A stretch of DNA of 11,780 nt from Candidatus Hermodarchaeota archaeon (GCA_048886185.1 JBHLKY010000029.1:1-11780), one strand, 5' to 3'. Shown: positions 1-7,743, counted from the stretch's first letter. A program made the numbers and translations. Notes: generated from the letters alone by a model not told the origin.

Positions 1-187
1 GCTTTAGAACTCTATCATGATAATCTAATAAAGAATTTTTTTTAGCAAAGTTGATTATCTAATATTAACAGAGTGGTTTAGAGTTTTACTCAAAGACTTT
101 AAAATTACGTGGATATTCAGATTAGAAAAGATTAATCAAAACCAATTAAAAAACAAGAGATTAAGGATCTAATCTAAGTGATTGCAT

Positions 188-1237
188 ATGATGGTGAACA
201 TGGCCGTAGCAGGGGCAGGATATTGGGGGAAGAATCACTTAAGGATCCTTAATGAGCTTGGTCAAGTAAACCTTGTTTGCGCGATAGAAAAAAACCTTTC
301 CAGAGCCAAGCAATTTTCTCGAATGTATCACATTGACTATGAAACCTCCTTTGATAAAGCGATAAGGAGAGATGATATTGATGGCGTTATAATAGCTACT
401 CCGAATATTACTCATTATCAACTTGCTTCTAAGGCGATAACAAATGGAAAACATGTCCTTGTAGAAAAACCTATGTGTCTCTCCTCTCTTGAAATAGTTA
501 AATTGATCGATTTAGCAAAAGAAAGCGCTGTTATTTTGATGGGGGGCCACACTTTTAGCTTTAATTCTGCAGTCTTAACCCTGAAGGAGATCATTAACAA
601 GGGAGAATTAGGGAGCTTGTTTTTTATCTTATGTTCACGATTGGGGATATTCCCTCCTCGAACCGATTCTGGGGTAATTCTTGATTTATCAATTCATGAC
701 ATTGATGTTGTTACTCTTTTAGTTGATAGAGAATTACCACTTACTATTACTGCAACAGGAAAATCTTATCTAAGACGACTATTTGAAGAAATTGCATTCA
801 TCACACTAGAATTTGAAAATGAAATTGTAGCTAATATAACCTCTAGTTGGTTGACACCTGCAAAGATTAGGAATTGCTGGATTTCAGGAACAGAACGTAC
901 TGCATTTGTTGACCTGATTCCTCAAACCATTGAAATATTTGAACAAAAGATTGATAAAATACCTAATGAAGAAAATAATGGTCTGTATGACCTTATCACT
1001 AAGGAAGGAATAAGCTATAAGCCCTTAATAAAAGCTAAAGAGCCTTTGAAGGAAGAAGATGCTCACTTTATTGAATGCATTATAAAAGGAACTAAACCAA
1101 GAGTGGATGGAGAAACAGCATTAAAAACGATTTTAATCGCAGAAGCAGCAATAGAATCACTAAAACAAAGAAAACAGATTAAAATGGAAGAACATATTCA
1201 AAAGTTTAGCTCATATCTGGAGAAACCCTTGATATGA
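188..1237 (+). CDS. Gfo/Idh/MocA family NAD-dependent oxidoreductase, probable UDP-GlcNAc(A) 3-dehydrogenase (WbpB/WlbA/GnnA-like)
   Basis: The N-terminus has a Rossmann motif (MAVAGAGYWGKNH). It also has the family EKP motif (HVLVEKPMC), ATPNITH, GHTFSFN and the catalytic DLSIHDID segment. It is coupled to a DegT aminotransferase by an ATGA overlap at 1234-1237. The ORF track starts at TTG 182. ATG 188 is preferred because it follows AAGTGAT, but ATG 191 and 200 are also possible. Confidence 0.88.
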   Translation: MMVNMAVAGAGYWGKNHLRILNELGQVNLVCAIEKNLSRAKQFSRMYHIDYETSFDKAIRRDDIDGVIIATPNITHYQLASKAITNGKHVLVEKPMCLSSLEIVKLIDLAKESAVILMGGHTFSFNSAVLTLKEIINKGELGSLFFILCSRLGIFPPRTDSGVILDLSIHDIDVVTLLVDRELPLTITATGKSYLRRLFEEIAFITLEFENEIVANITSSWLTPAKIRNCWISGTERTAFVDLIPQTIEIFEQKIDKIPNEENNGLYDLITKEGISYKPLIKAKEPLKEEDAHFIECIIKGTKPRVDGETALKTILIAEAAIESLKQRKQIKMEEHIQKFSSYLEKPLI

Positions 1238-2373
1238 AGAAGAATGCTGATTCTGTTCCTTTTTCAGACCTAAGAAGGATACACAAATCAATTATTCAAG
1301 ACTTACTTAATGTTACTGAAGAATTACTTGAATCATCTCAGTTTATCCTGGGAAAACAGCTTTCAGAATTTGAAGAGAAGTTTTCAAGTTATATCGGGAG
1401 TAAATGTGGTGCAGGAGTTGCTTCAGGTGCAGATGCCTTGTTTTTGGCACTAAAAGCGATAGGTGTCAAACAGGGCGATGAAGTTATAACTGTTAATAAT
1501 ACTTTTAATGCTACAGTTGATGCTATAATCCGAGCTGGAGCTTCTCCGAGAATCATTGATATCAATGAAAATGATCTGTTAATTAACTTAGATTTATTGA
1601 AACAAGCAGTGTCAAAAAAAACCAAAGCGATCATTCCTGTCCATCTTTATGGAAATCCAGTCAATATGAGCTTAATAGAAGAATTACGTAATGAATTAGC
1701 TCCTGATGTTAAGATTATTCAAGATGCAGCTCAAGCGCATGGAGCAACCTATAATAATAAACCATTAGGTAATTTTGGCGACGTAGTATGTTATAGTTTT
1801 TATCCCAGTAAAAATTTAGGTGCTTTGGGAGATGGAGGGTTTATTGCATCCAACGATTCGGAATTTATTAACCAAATAAAGGTTTTGAGGAATTGCGGCC
1901 AAAAGCAGAAGAATACTCACACTGAAGTAGGCTTTAACTCTCGTTTAGACAATTTACAAGCAGCCTACTTACTAATAAAACTTAAGAAATTAGAAGATTG
2001 GAATCAATCTCGTAGAACCATAGCTTTCAAATATCAAGAATCCTTGCAAGAATGTAATGGTGTTCAAATTGTCAATGAGACACAGAAAGGTAAAAATGTA
2101 TATCATTTATTTGTAATCAGGATGAAAAAGAGGGAGGAGTTAATAAATTCTTTTCAAAGGCAAAATATTCAGTTTGGAATTCACTATCCAGTTCCAATAA
2201 ATTTAACAGAAGCCTATGAAAACTTCAATTTTTTTAAAAAATCATTTCCAGTTTCTGAGCAAGTTGCAAAAGAAATAATTTCCATTCCGATTTTTCCCTA
2301 TATGAAAGATGAAGAAGTTGCGAAAGTTGTTAATACAATAAAGCAAACAAGTAGATCATTTACTGATCAATAG
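1234..2373 (+). CDS. DegT/DnrJ/EryC1/StrS family PLP-dependent sugar aminotransferase (WbpE/FdtB/GnnB-like, probable C3 aminotransferase)
   Basis: Motifs are QDAAQAHGA (PLP Asp), SFYPSKNLGALGDGG (PLP Lys), AIIPVHLYG, GFNSRLD, VYHLFVIR and IHYPVP. GGAG lies at 1219-1222 upstream of the start. Confidence 0.92.
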   Translation: MKKNADSVPFSDLRRIHKSIIQDLLNVTEELLESSQFILGKQLSEFEEKFSSYIGSKCGAGVASGADALFLALKAIGVKQGDEVITVNNTFNATVDAIIRAGASPRIIDINENDLLINLDLLKQAVSKKTKAIIPVHLYGNPVNMSLIEELRNELAPDVKIIQDAAQAHGATYNNKPLGNFGDVVCYSFYPSKNLGALGDGGFIASNDSEFINQIKVLRNCGQKQKNTHTEVGFNSRLDNLQAAYLLIKLKKLEDWNQSRRTIAFKYQESLQECNGVQIVNETQKGKNVYHLFVIRMKKREELINSFQRQNIQFGIHYPVPINLTEAYENFNFFKKSFPVSEQVAKEIISIPIFPYMKDEEVAKVVNTIKQTSRSFTDQ

Positions 2374-3525
2374 TTTTTTATAAGAATCAACAAGTCTTTT
2401 TTCGCAAGTGGACCAATTCCACTTTTCTTTAATGAGTTTTTGAGCTTTTAGAACCATTTTTTTTCTCCTTGTTTCATCCTCTTGAAGATGAATGATTGCT
2501 TGGGCAATGGATTCAGGATTCATTGGGTTTTCTATGAAAATACCATTAATTCTTTTTATATACGAACCGATACCATTCGCTTTTACAGAAATAACACCCA
2601 ATCCCAATTGTAAATATTCAAAAAATTTATTGGGCATAATACTTCGCATATTTCGTTGAGGAGCGACTAATATAAGACCTGCATCACCCTCGTATGTTAT
2701 TTCTAATGCCTTCTCTTGTTCTAATTGCCCAGTCATGCTGATAATGTTCTCTAAGTTTTCATTTTTCACTCGATCAAGGATATGAGAATACATCGGACCA
2801 TCACCAATGATCTTAATCTCACTGGGATAACTTCTTTCCTGTAAAATTTTTGCTGCTTCAATTAATTGATCGTAGCATCGTTCTGGCTGCATACTTCCAA
2901 GAAAAATTACCTTAAAAACGTCATTTCTATCGTGAAAACGAGGATTTTTTAGAAATCCATTCAATACAGGATAATTCGGGAGATAACAGAAAGAAAGATT
3001 TTTAGGAGTTCGTATTCTTTTTCTAACAAGAGTTAATTGAGGTTTCATTACCCCAATGAGGAGATCAGATTGTTTTGTGCATAAATTCTCAATTAGCTGA
3101 GTGATACCGAAAGCTAGAGAACCAAAATAATCATAAACCGCGTCAGAGAACTGTTCATGAGCATCAAAAATTAAGAATTTCGTTTTATGAAAAAACTTAA
3201 GCATTATTCCAGGAGGTACTGATGGTAAGTCGTGAGCGTGCACTATAGTAATATCTTTCATTTTCCATGTCAGCTGTAACAATGAAATCCAGAAAAGTAA
3301 CATTCCAAGTGGTGTTTTTCTGGTATCTTCTTTCATCTTTCTGACTGGTATTACTCTTATACCATATTTATCAGGATAGTGAGAATATAATTCCGTTTTT
3401 TCCCTCAAACAAAGCACAGTAACTATAAATCCATTTTTAGCGAGACTTATTGCTTCTTTTTTGACACGGACATCTTTATAATAATATCCATGTAGAAACA
3501 TGAACACATTTACCTGTTTTAACAA
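2356..3525 (-). CDS. GT4 family glycosyltransferase (WbuB-like subgroup)
   Basis: Motifs are D-x-RV-x-KEA-x-SL (DVRVKKEAISLAKNG), HAHDLP, IFDAHE, IIGDGP and PNKFFEY. The TTG start at 3525 has the SD-like AGGCGA 7 nt upstream. The 3' end overlaps the aminotransferase 3' end by 18 bp. Confidence 0.9.
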   Translation of the reverse strand: MLKQVNVFMFLHGYYYKDVRVKKEAISLAKNGFIVTVLCLREKTELYSHYPDKYGIRVIPVRKMKEDTRKTPLGMLLFWISLLQLTWKMKDITIVHAHDLPSVPPGIMLKFFHKTKFLIFDAHEQFSDAVYDYFGSLAFGITQLIENLCTKQSDLLIGVMKPQLTLVRKRIRTPKNLSFCYLPNYPVLNGFLKNPRFHDRNDVFKVIFLGSMQPERCYDQLIEAAKILQERSYPSEIKIIGDGPMYSHILDRVKNENLENIISMTGQLEQEKALEITYEGDAGLILVAPQRNMRSIMPNKFFEYLQLGLGVISVKANGIGSYIKRINGIFIENPMNPESIAQAIIHLQEDETRRKKMVLKAQKLIKEKWNWSTCEKRLVDSYKKLLISK

Positions 3526-3532
3526 GATTTAT

Positions 3533-3538
3533 TCGCCT
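3533..3538 (-). promoter_or_regulatory. Putative ribosome-binding site AGGCGA for the GT4 TTG start at 3525
   Basis: The minus strand reads ATAGGCGAATAAATC-TTG, a one-mismatch match to AGGTGA with a 7-nt spacer. Confidence 0.45.
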
Positions 3539-3555
3539 ATTCTGTAGAAGAAAAG

Positions 3556-3570
3556 CAATTAAGTTAATTG
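3556..3570. repeat. Perfect 15-bp interrupted palindrome CAATTAA-G-TTAATTG, candidate operator
   Basis: It is read directly from the sequence and lies 31-45 nt upstream of the GT4 start at 3525. The function is unproven. Confidence 0.5.
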
Positions 3571-3650
3571 ATAAGAGATATCTCCATCTATAGGATTCGG
3601 GGGACTCCCAAACAATTTATCTTTAATATTTTTTTCGTAGATTCTGATTA

Positions 3651-5573
3651 TTAGGTTACTAGCTTCCATAGTTTAAGGTTCTTAGTTTCAAAGACCTCAA
3701 AAGCCTCCATTGTATTGAGAAAGGCCGATTCAAACTTCCCCCAGGGGGATCTAGCAATTGAACTGTTTCTTTCCGTTATTACATATTCTATTTTGTGCTC
3801 AGATCTAATCCTGTTATTAATATCACTAGAATAATTTGATCTCATGAAATTAAACCATAAATTTGTATAATGGTCTGCTTGTGCCCATTCCAAGATTATT
3901 CCTTCATCAATCAAATCTAAGAAATTTACAAAATAAGTTGAGTTGATGATCTCTTCGGTTTGAATATAGTCAAAAATTAGATAAGAAGACAAGCTAGAGT
4001 CTCCCAAGTCTGGTAAATAAACCTGTCCTGAAATTCTTCTTCCAACAAGATAATCATAACAAATAAACATTCCTTTTATATTCATTTTTTTTAGAACATT
4101 TGCGATAATTATTTCGTCAATACTTACAGAAGTATATGGAAATGTTTCTTCTTTTTCTGGGTGTACAAATAATACTATTGAGAAAGAGGAGAAAACAAAG
4201 AAGGAAATTATAAGAGAGGCCCGTAGAATTATTATAATCTGATGGTCTTTTTGACTTGATCTATTGTTTTTAATTTTGACTAATACTCCTCCTATCAAGA
4301 AAATTATCACCGCTGTTCCAAAAACTGTGAATATAATGTCAAAGGGTCTTAGATAGTATATCTCTCCGTACATTAGAATTGCTAAAAAGGTTGCAACAGT
4401 TGTACCAATTATTGTTAGTTGAATATCTCTTATTTCTCTATGAAATAACCTCGTGACTAAATATGTTGATAGGATTGTGATAATTGGCCCAAGAATGATT
4501 GCTAAGTAGATACCTTTTCCCAAGAATGGAGTTGCAGCAATTATAAAAGTTAATGGCCTTTTGTACAAAGAAGTTTCTTCTGAGTTCAGTATTTCAGATG
4601 TTAGTAAGAGAATAAAACCAAGAATGGCGTAAACAAGGATCATTCCATATTTAAAAAAATAAAAAATACCTAAATTCATCAAAAATCCAACTAAGTCTTT
4701 GTTACTAAACCATTCTGTTCCAACACTAACAGGAAGCGAGGGAAATAGTAGGAATCCAAGAATAATCCCACCGAATATAGCTATGATGATTGTTACAAAT
4801 GCTTGGTTAGGTTTTTTCAGTTGGTGAATAATTCCAGTCAAGAGAAATTGAACATAATAAGCAATAATAGCTATTACAAAACAAATAATTGACACTTTAT
4901 GGACTATTAATAGTAATATAGATGAGAAGAGAAATAGTACACTAGTCCTTCTATTTACATTATTTAAGAGTTTAAAATATGAGAGAAAGAAGTAAGGAAC
5001 AATAGCAATGAATAAACCTCTCGCATGAGCAGTATATACAGAGAGTCTAAGAAAATTGGGTATTAATATATAGATAAAAACAAAAAGGAATCTTGAAAAA
5101 TCATCTGTAAAGAAGTAGCGTGCTAATAGGTATGATGAATGAATTGAGAGAGTTAAAATCATTATACTGAATAAAATAATTACCAAATTAATGTTAATTT
5201 TTCCAAAGATGACCACTGTGCCTACTATGAACATACTGAGGATTAGTGGTTCTAAGATGGGTACATAAGCTCCAGGATAATAACCCATGTAAGATAAAGG
5301 ATTTATTAACCATTTTGACGCGTCTCCATATAAGAATGACTGAGCTAACAAGAGATGGAGTGCAGTATCATCCCCAATATAATTTTGAGTGGGTGGGATT
5401 CTCAAAATAGAGCCAATAATGAATAATAAGCTAAAAAAGTAAACTTTCTTTTCTGTTAATAAACCATGTATTTCTTCTATCCTTTGACTTAGATTTATGG
5501 TTTTTATATTCTTTATTTTTGCACTTTCGAATTTTATTTTCTCTCTTATATTCAATATTAGAAACTGCTCCAT
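3651..5573 (-). CDS. Polytopic membrane protein of unknown function, probable GT-C-fold glycosyltransferase-like protein with a C-terminal soluble domain
   Basis: The 640-aa ORF has about a dozen hydrophobic segments by eye. An acidic motif G67-D68-D69 follows the first TM helix, then W88-LINPLSYMGYYP. A hydrophilic C-terminal region of about 170 aa follows the last TM and ends in IEYVI...FEVFETKNLKLWKL. It sits between a flippase and a GT4 and ends in a double TAA stop. The CDS call is solid and the function is inferred. Confidence 0.7.
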   Translation of the reverse strand: MEQFLILNIREKIKFESAKIKNIKTINLSQRIEEIHGLLTEKKVYFFSLLFIIGSILRIPPTQNYIGDDTALHLLLAQSFLYGDASKWLINPLSYMGYYPGAYVPILEPLILSMFIVGTVVIFGKININLVIILFSIMILTLSIHSSYLLARYFFTDDFSRFLFVFIYILIPNFLRLSVYTAHARGLFIAIVPYFFLSYFKLLNNVNRRTSVLFLFSSILLLIVHKVSIICFVIAIIAYYVQFLLTGIIHQLKKPNQAFVTIIIAIFGGIILGFLLFPSLPVSVGTEWFSNKDLVGFLMNLGIFYFFKYGMILVYAILGFILLLTSEILNSEETSLYKRPLTFIIAATPFLGKGIYLAIILGPIITILSTYLVTRLFHREIRDIQLTIIGTTVATFLAILMYGEIYYLRPFDIIFTVFGTAVIIFLIGGVLVKIKNNRSSQKDHQIIIILRASLIISFFVFSSFSIVLFVHPEKEETFPYTSVSIDEIIIANVLKKMNIKGMFICYDYLVGRRISGQVYLPDLGDSSLSSYLIFDYIQTEEIINSTYFVNFLDLIDEGIILEWAQADHYTNLWFNFMRSNYSSDINNRIRSEHKIEYVITERNSSIARSPWGKFESAFLNTMEAFEVFETKNLKLWKLVT

Positions 5574-5771
5574 TCAAGGTTTTAACGAACAGTATTATGA
5601 TTTGTTTTAAATTTTAAGAATAACTCTAAAGCGGTTTTATTTGAAAAAGGTTAATTTACTCGTAATTCAAATCTTTCATCGTTGACATGCCAATATAACT
5701 AATTTCTGATCACAAAGTTTCATCTTATTATTGTTTTTTCGAAGTATCCAAACTTATTTTAGTTAAACTGG

Positions 5772-7289
5772 TTAATCAGAATTAACAATTAAGAATTGTG
5801 TTTTCATGATTGTTTTTCTTATCTTTTTAACTCCTGGTACAAAGACAAGTGGTGTAAATGCTACTAAAAAGGTAAACCCTACAATTGGATGACTTATTTC
5901 TGCCAAAGCAAATCCACTAACTAATACAAATAAAATATAAATTATCCTTTGAGCTTTTATTCCTGACCAACGTCCATTATAATAAGAGAGAATGACTTGT
6001 TCAAAAATGAATGCAAAAAATAATCCACAAAAGGTACCAAAGGGTAAAGCAAAGAGTCCTTGTTCTTTTGTAAATATTATCCATGTTGTAACAGTAGTGA
6101 TCAACATTAATATTGCGATTACGATGTTATATTTTACTTTTGACGCTGAAATGAAACTGCTAGATGGAATGATCATAATGCTCACAAGTACCCTCAAAAA
6201 GAACATCAGAATGATAGGCCAGTAATAATTCGCCTGAAATCTATCCAAAGTCAGAAGATCAAATAAAAAAGGAAAATAGAAAGTAATAAACATTAGAAAT
6301 ATTGAGAGGGGAATGAATACTTCTGAAAAACTCTCATTCAAAATTGCAGCAAATTGGATTTCATTATTCTTACCTGTTTTTGATAAATTAGCCATTCTGG
6401 CTAAAAGTAATGATCCCAGTGCAATACCAATAATTTCAAACGGAATAGTGATATAGTTCCAAAAGCTGAATATTCCTAATGTTTCAAGATTACCTAACCG
6501 TTCTGCTATAATTATCTGAAGATTAACAAGACCAATTGAAACTATACTACCTGAACCCACGAAAAAGGCATAGCTTACAATATCATAAACTGCAAATCTT
6601 GAGACACCTCTGAAATTGAAAAGTGATAAGTTCATACTTTTTATCGCAAGTAGTATAAATATAAGATGGTTTATGAGAATAGGTAATAAGAGAAAAAATG
6701 AAGAAGTTAAAAGCGGCCAATAATTGTTGATCAAATAAAGCACAAGAAAACTAATAGCTGCGGTTCCAAATGAAAAGCCTTCAAATTTAGCAACTTTTTG
6801 AAACAGTTCTCTTCCTTGCAGCATCAAGCGAAACAAGACATGAAACGAGGATAAAGCTGCATTAGTAATAAGCAAAAAAAGGTCAATTGATGATAAATGC
6901 ATTAATTGATGAAAAATAATTGGAATTAAGAAATTAAACAGAATTATGCATAAAAGGGCTAGATAAAGCGAGGAGCTTTGTATTGAGATTACCTCACTTT
7001 TTCTTTTTGCTGCAATGTGTCGTAAAGAAGCTGGTCCAATCCCATTTGAGATGGGAATACTTAATAATTGTGTCCACGATAAAATAAAAGCTAAAATAGC
7101 GATTTGTTTGAGTGAAAATAGTAATCCGATTGCTATAGGGTAAAAAACATTCATTACACCAATAAAGATAGTAGTTACTAGACTAGCAATGAAATTTTTT
7201 TGAATTGAAATTGACTCCAAAAGAAACACCGTATCAAACAAGAAAAATGCTTTAAGGTAATCTATGGTAGCTTGGGGTGCTCTTAACAA
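5772..7289 (-). CDS. Wzx/MOP-superfamily oligosaccharide flippase (polysaccharide biosynthesis protein)
   Basis: The ORF is about 480-505 aa and hydrophobic throughout. It shows the two-half pattern typical of Wzx proteins (LSIPISNGIGPASLRHIA in the first half; LGNLETLGIFSF...ALGSLLLARMANL in the second), in a glycan-locus context. The true start may be TTG at 7220 (MESISIQKNF, 482 aa), which has GGTG 6 nt upstream. Confidence 0.8.
   Translation of the reverse strand: MLRAPQATIDYLKAFFLFDTVFLLESISIQKNFIASLVTTIFIGVMNVFYPIAIGLLFSLKQIAILAFILSWTQLLSIPISNGIGPASLRHIAAKRKSEVISIQSSSLYLALLCIILFNFLIPIIFHQLMHLSSIDLFLLITNAALSSFHVLFRLMLQGRELFQKVAKFEGFSFGTAAISFLVLYLINNYWPLLTSSFFLLLPILINHLIFILLAIKSMNLSLFNFRGVSRFAVYDIVSYAFFVGSGSIVSIGLVNLQIIIAERLGNLETLGIFSFWNYITIPFEIIGIALGSLLLARMANLSKTGKNNEIQFAAILNESFSEVFIPLSIFLMFITFYFPFLFDLLTLDRFQANYYWPIILMFFLRVLVSIMIIPSSSFISASKVKYNIVIAILMLITTVTTWIIFTKEQGLFALPFGTFCGLFFAFIFEQVILSYYNGRWSGIKAQRIIYILFVLVSGFALAEISHPIVGFTFLVAFTPLVFVPGVKKIRKTIMKTQFLIVNSD
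7227..7230 (-). promoter_or_regulatory. Putative ribosome-binding site GGTG for the alternative flippase TTG start at 7220
   Basis: The minus strand reads ACGGTG-TTTCTT-TTG GAG TCA, with a 6-nt spacer. The core match is only 4 nt. Confidence 0.3.
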
Positions 7290-7668
7290 TCCTTTTCGAT
7301 CTTTTTAGTTACTTACAGAGTCCTATCTCTTATATTTTTAAGCCTTATCAGAGATAAAGAAATTTCCTTTTCCACTAATATTCTGACAGATTACTAACGA
7401 GTAACTCGCCATAGAAGATCTATTAAATTGTATAAACGAATGAGATAATCAGATGATAAGTCCTCTAGGTTCGTTTACAATGGGGGTAACCAAAATTTCT
7501 ATATTCCAATTTTCAGTATATTGAAAGGCTAGAATATCAAAACCAAACGAAATTAAAGCAATTGGAATAAACATTTTTTACTGATAGAATTAGCCCTGAA
7601 ATCAATAGAATAGAGAAAAAACTTTATGGGCCCGAAGAGACGTAATCTTAAGATAGGCATAAATTACA

Positions 7669-7692
7669 TTTAACTTTTTCCAGAAAGTTAAA
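7669..7692. repeat. 9-bp inverted repeat TTTAACTTT-N6-AAAGTTAAA
   Basis: It is read directly, in the divergent intergenic region 51 nt upstream of ATG 7744, and is followed by an A-rich tract. Confidence 0.45.
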
Positions 7693-7743
7693 AAAGAAAA
7701 AACTACTGAAGACCTCATTGATTAAATATTATGGGAAATAAAG

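Noticed and set aside
1-45. Possible 3' end of an upstream + strand gene (ALELYHDNLIKNFF*, TAG at 43-45, overlapping a T8 run)
   Set aside because: Only 14 codons are visible, which cannot be told apart from a chance open frame without the upstream sequence.
239-454. 71-aa minus-strand ORF
   Set aside because: It lies fully antisense inside the well-supported oxidoreductase and has no recognisable motif, so it is a shadow ORF.
418-600. 60-aa minus-strand ORF
   Set aside because: It is an antisense shadow of the oxidoreductase with no motif.
1389-1634. 81-aa minus-strand ORF
   Set aside because: It is an antisense shadow within conserved motifs of the first aminotransferase.
2229-2241. T7-A6 run in the aminotransferase, resembling a slippery frameshift site
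   Set aside because: It reads in frame as N-F-F-K-K, and the conserved C-terminus (SIPIFP) follows in frame. A -1 shift would hit a stop immediately, and such runs are common in AT-rich DNA.
2356-2358. TGA/TAG stops as possible selenocysteine or pyrrolysine read-through
   Set aside because: All proteins reach full family length at their stops. There is no in-frame continuation with conserved motifs and no evident SECIS-like element.
3651-5573. Calling the 640-aa protein AglB/STT3 or Wzy
   Set aside because: It has no WWDYG motif, and Wzy cannot be recognised from sequence by eye. It is kept as GT-C-like with unknown function.
5992-6225. 77-aa plus-strand ORF
   Set aside because: It is an antisense shadow of the flippase, and its composition reflects the opposite-strand codons.
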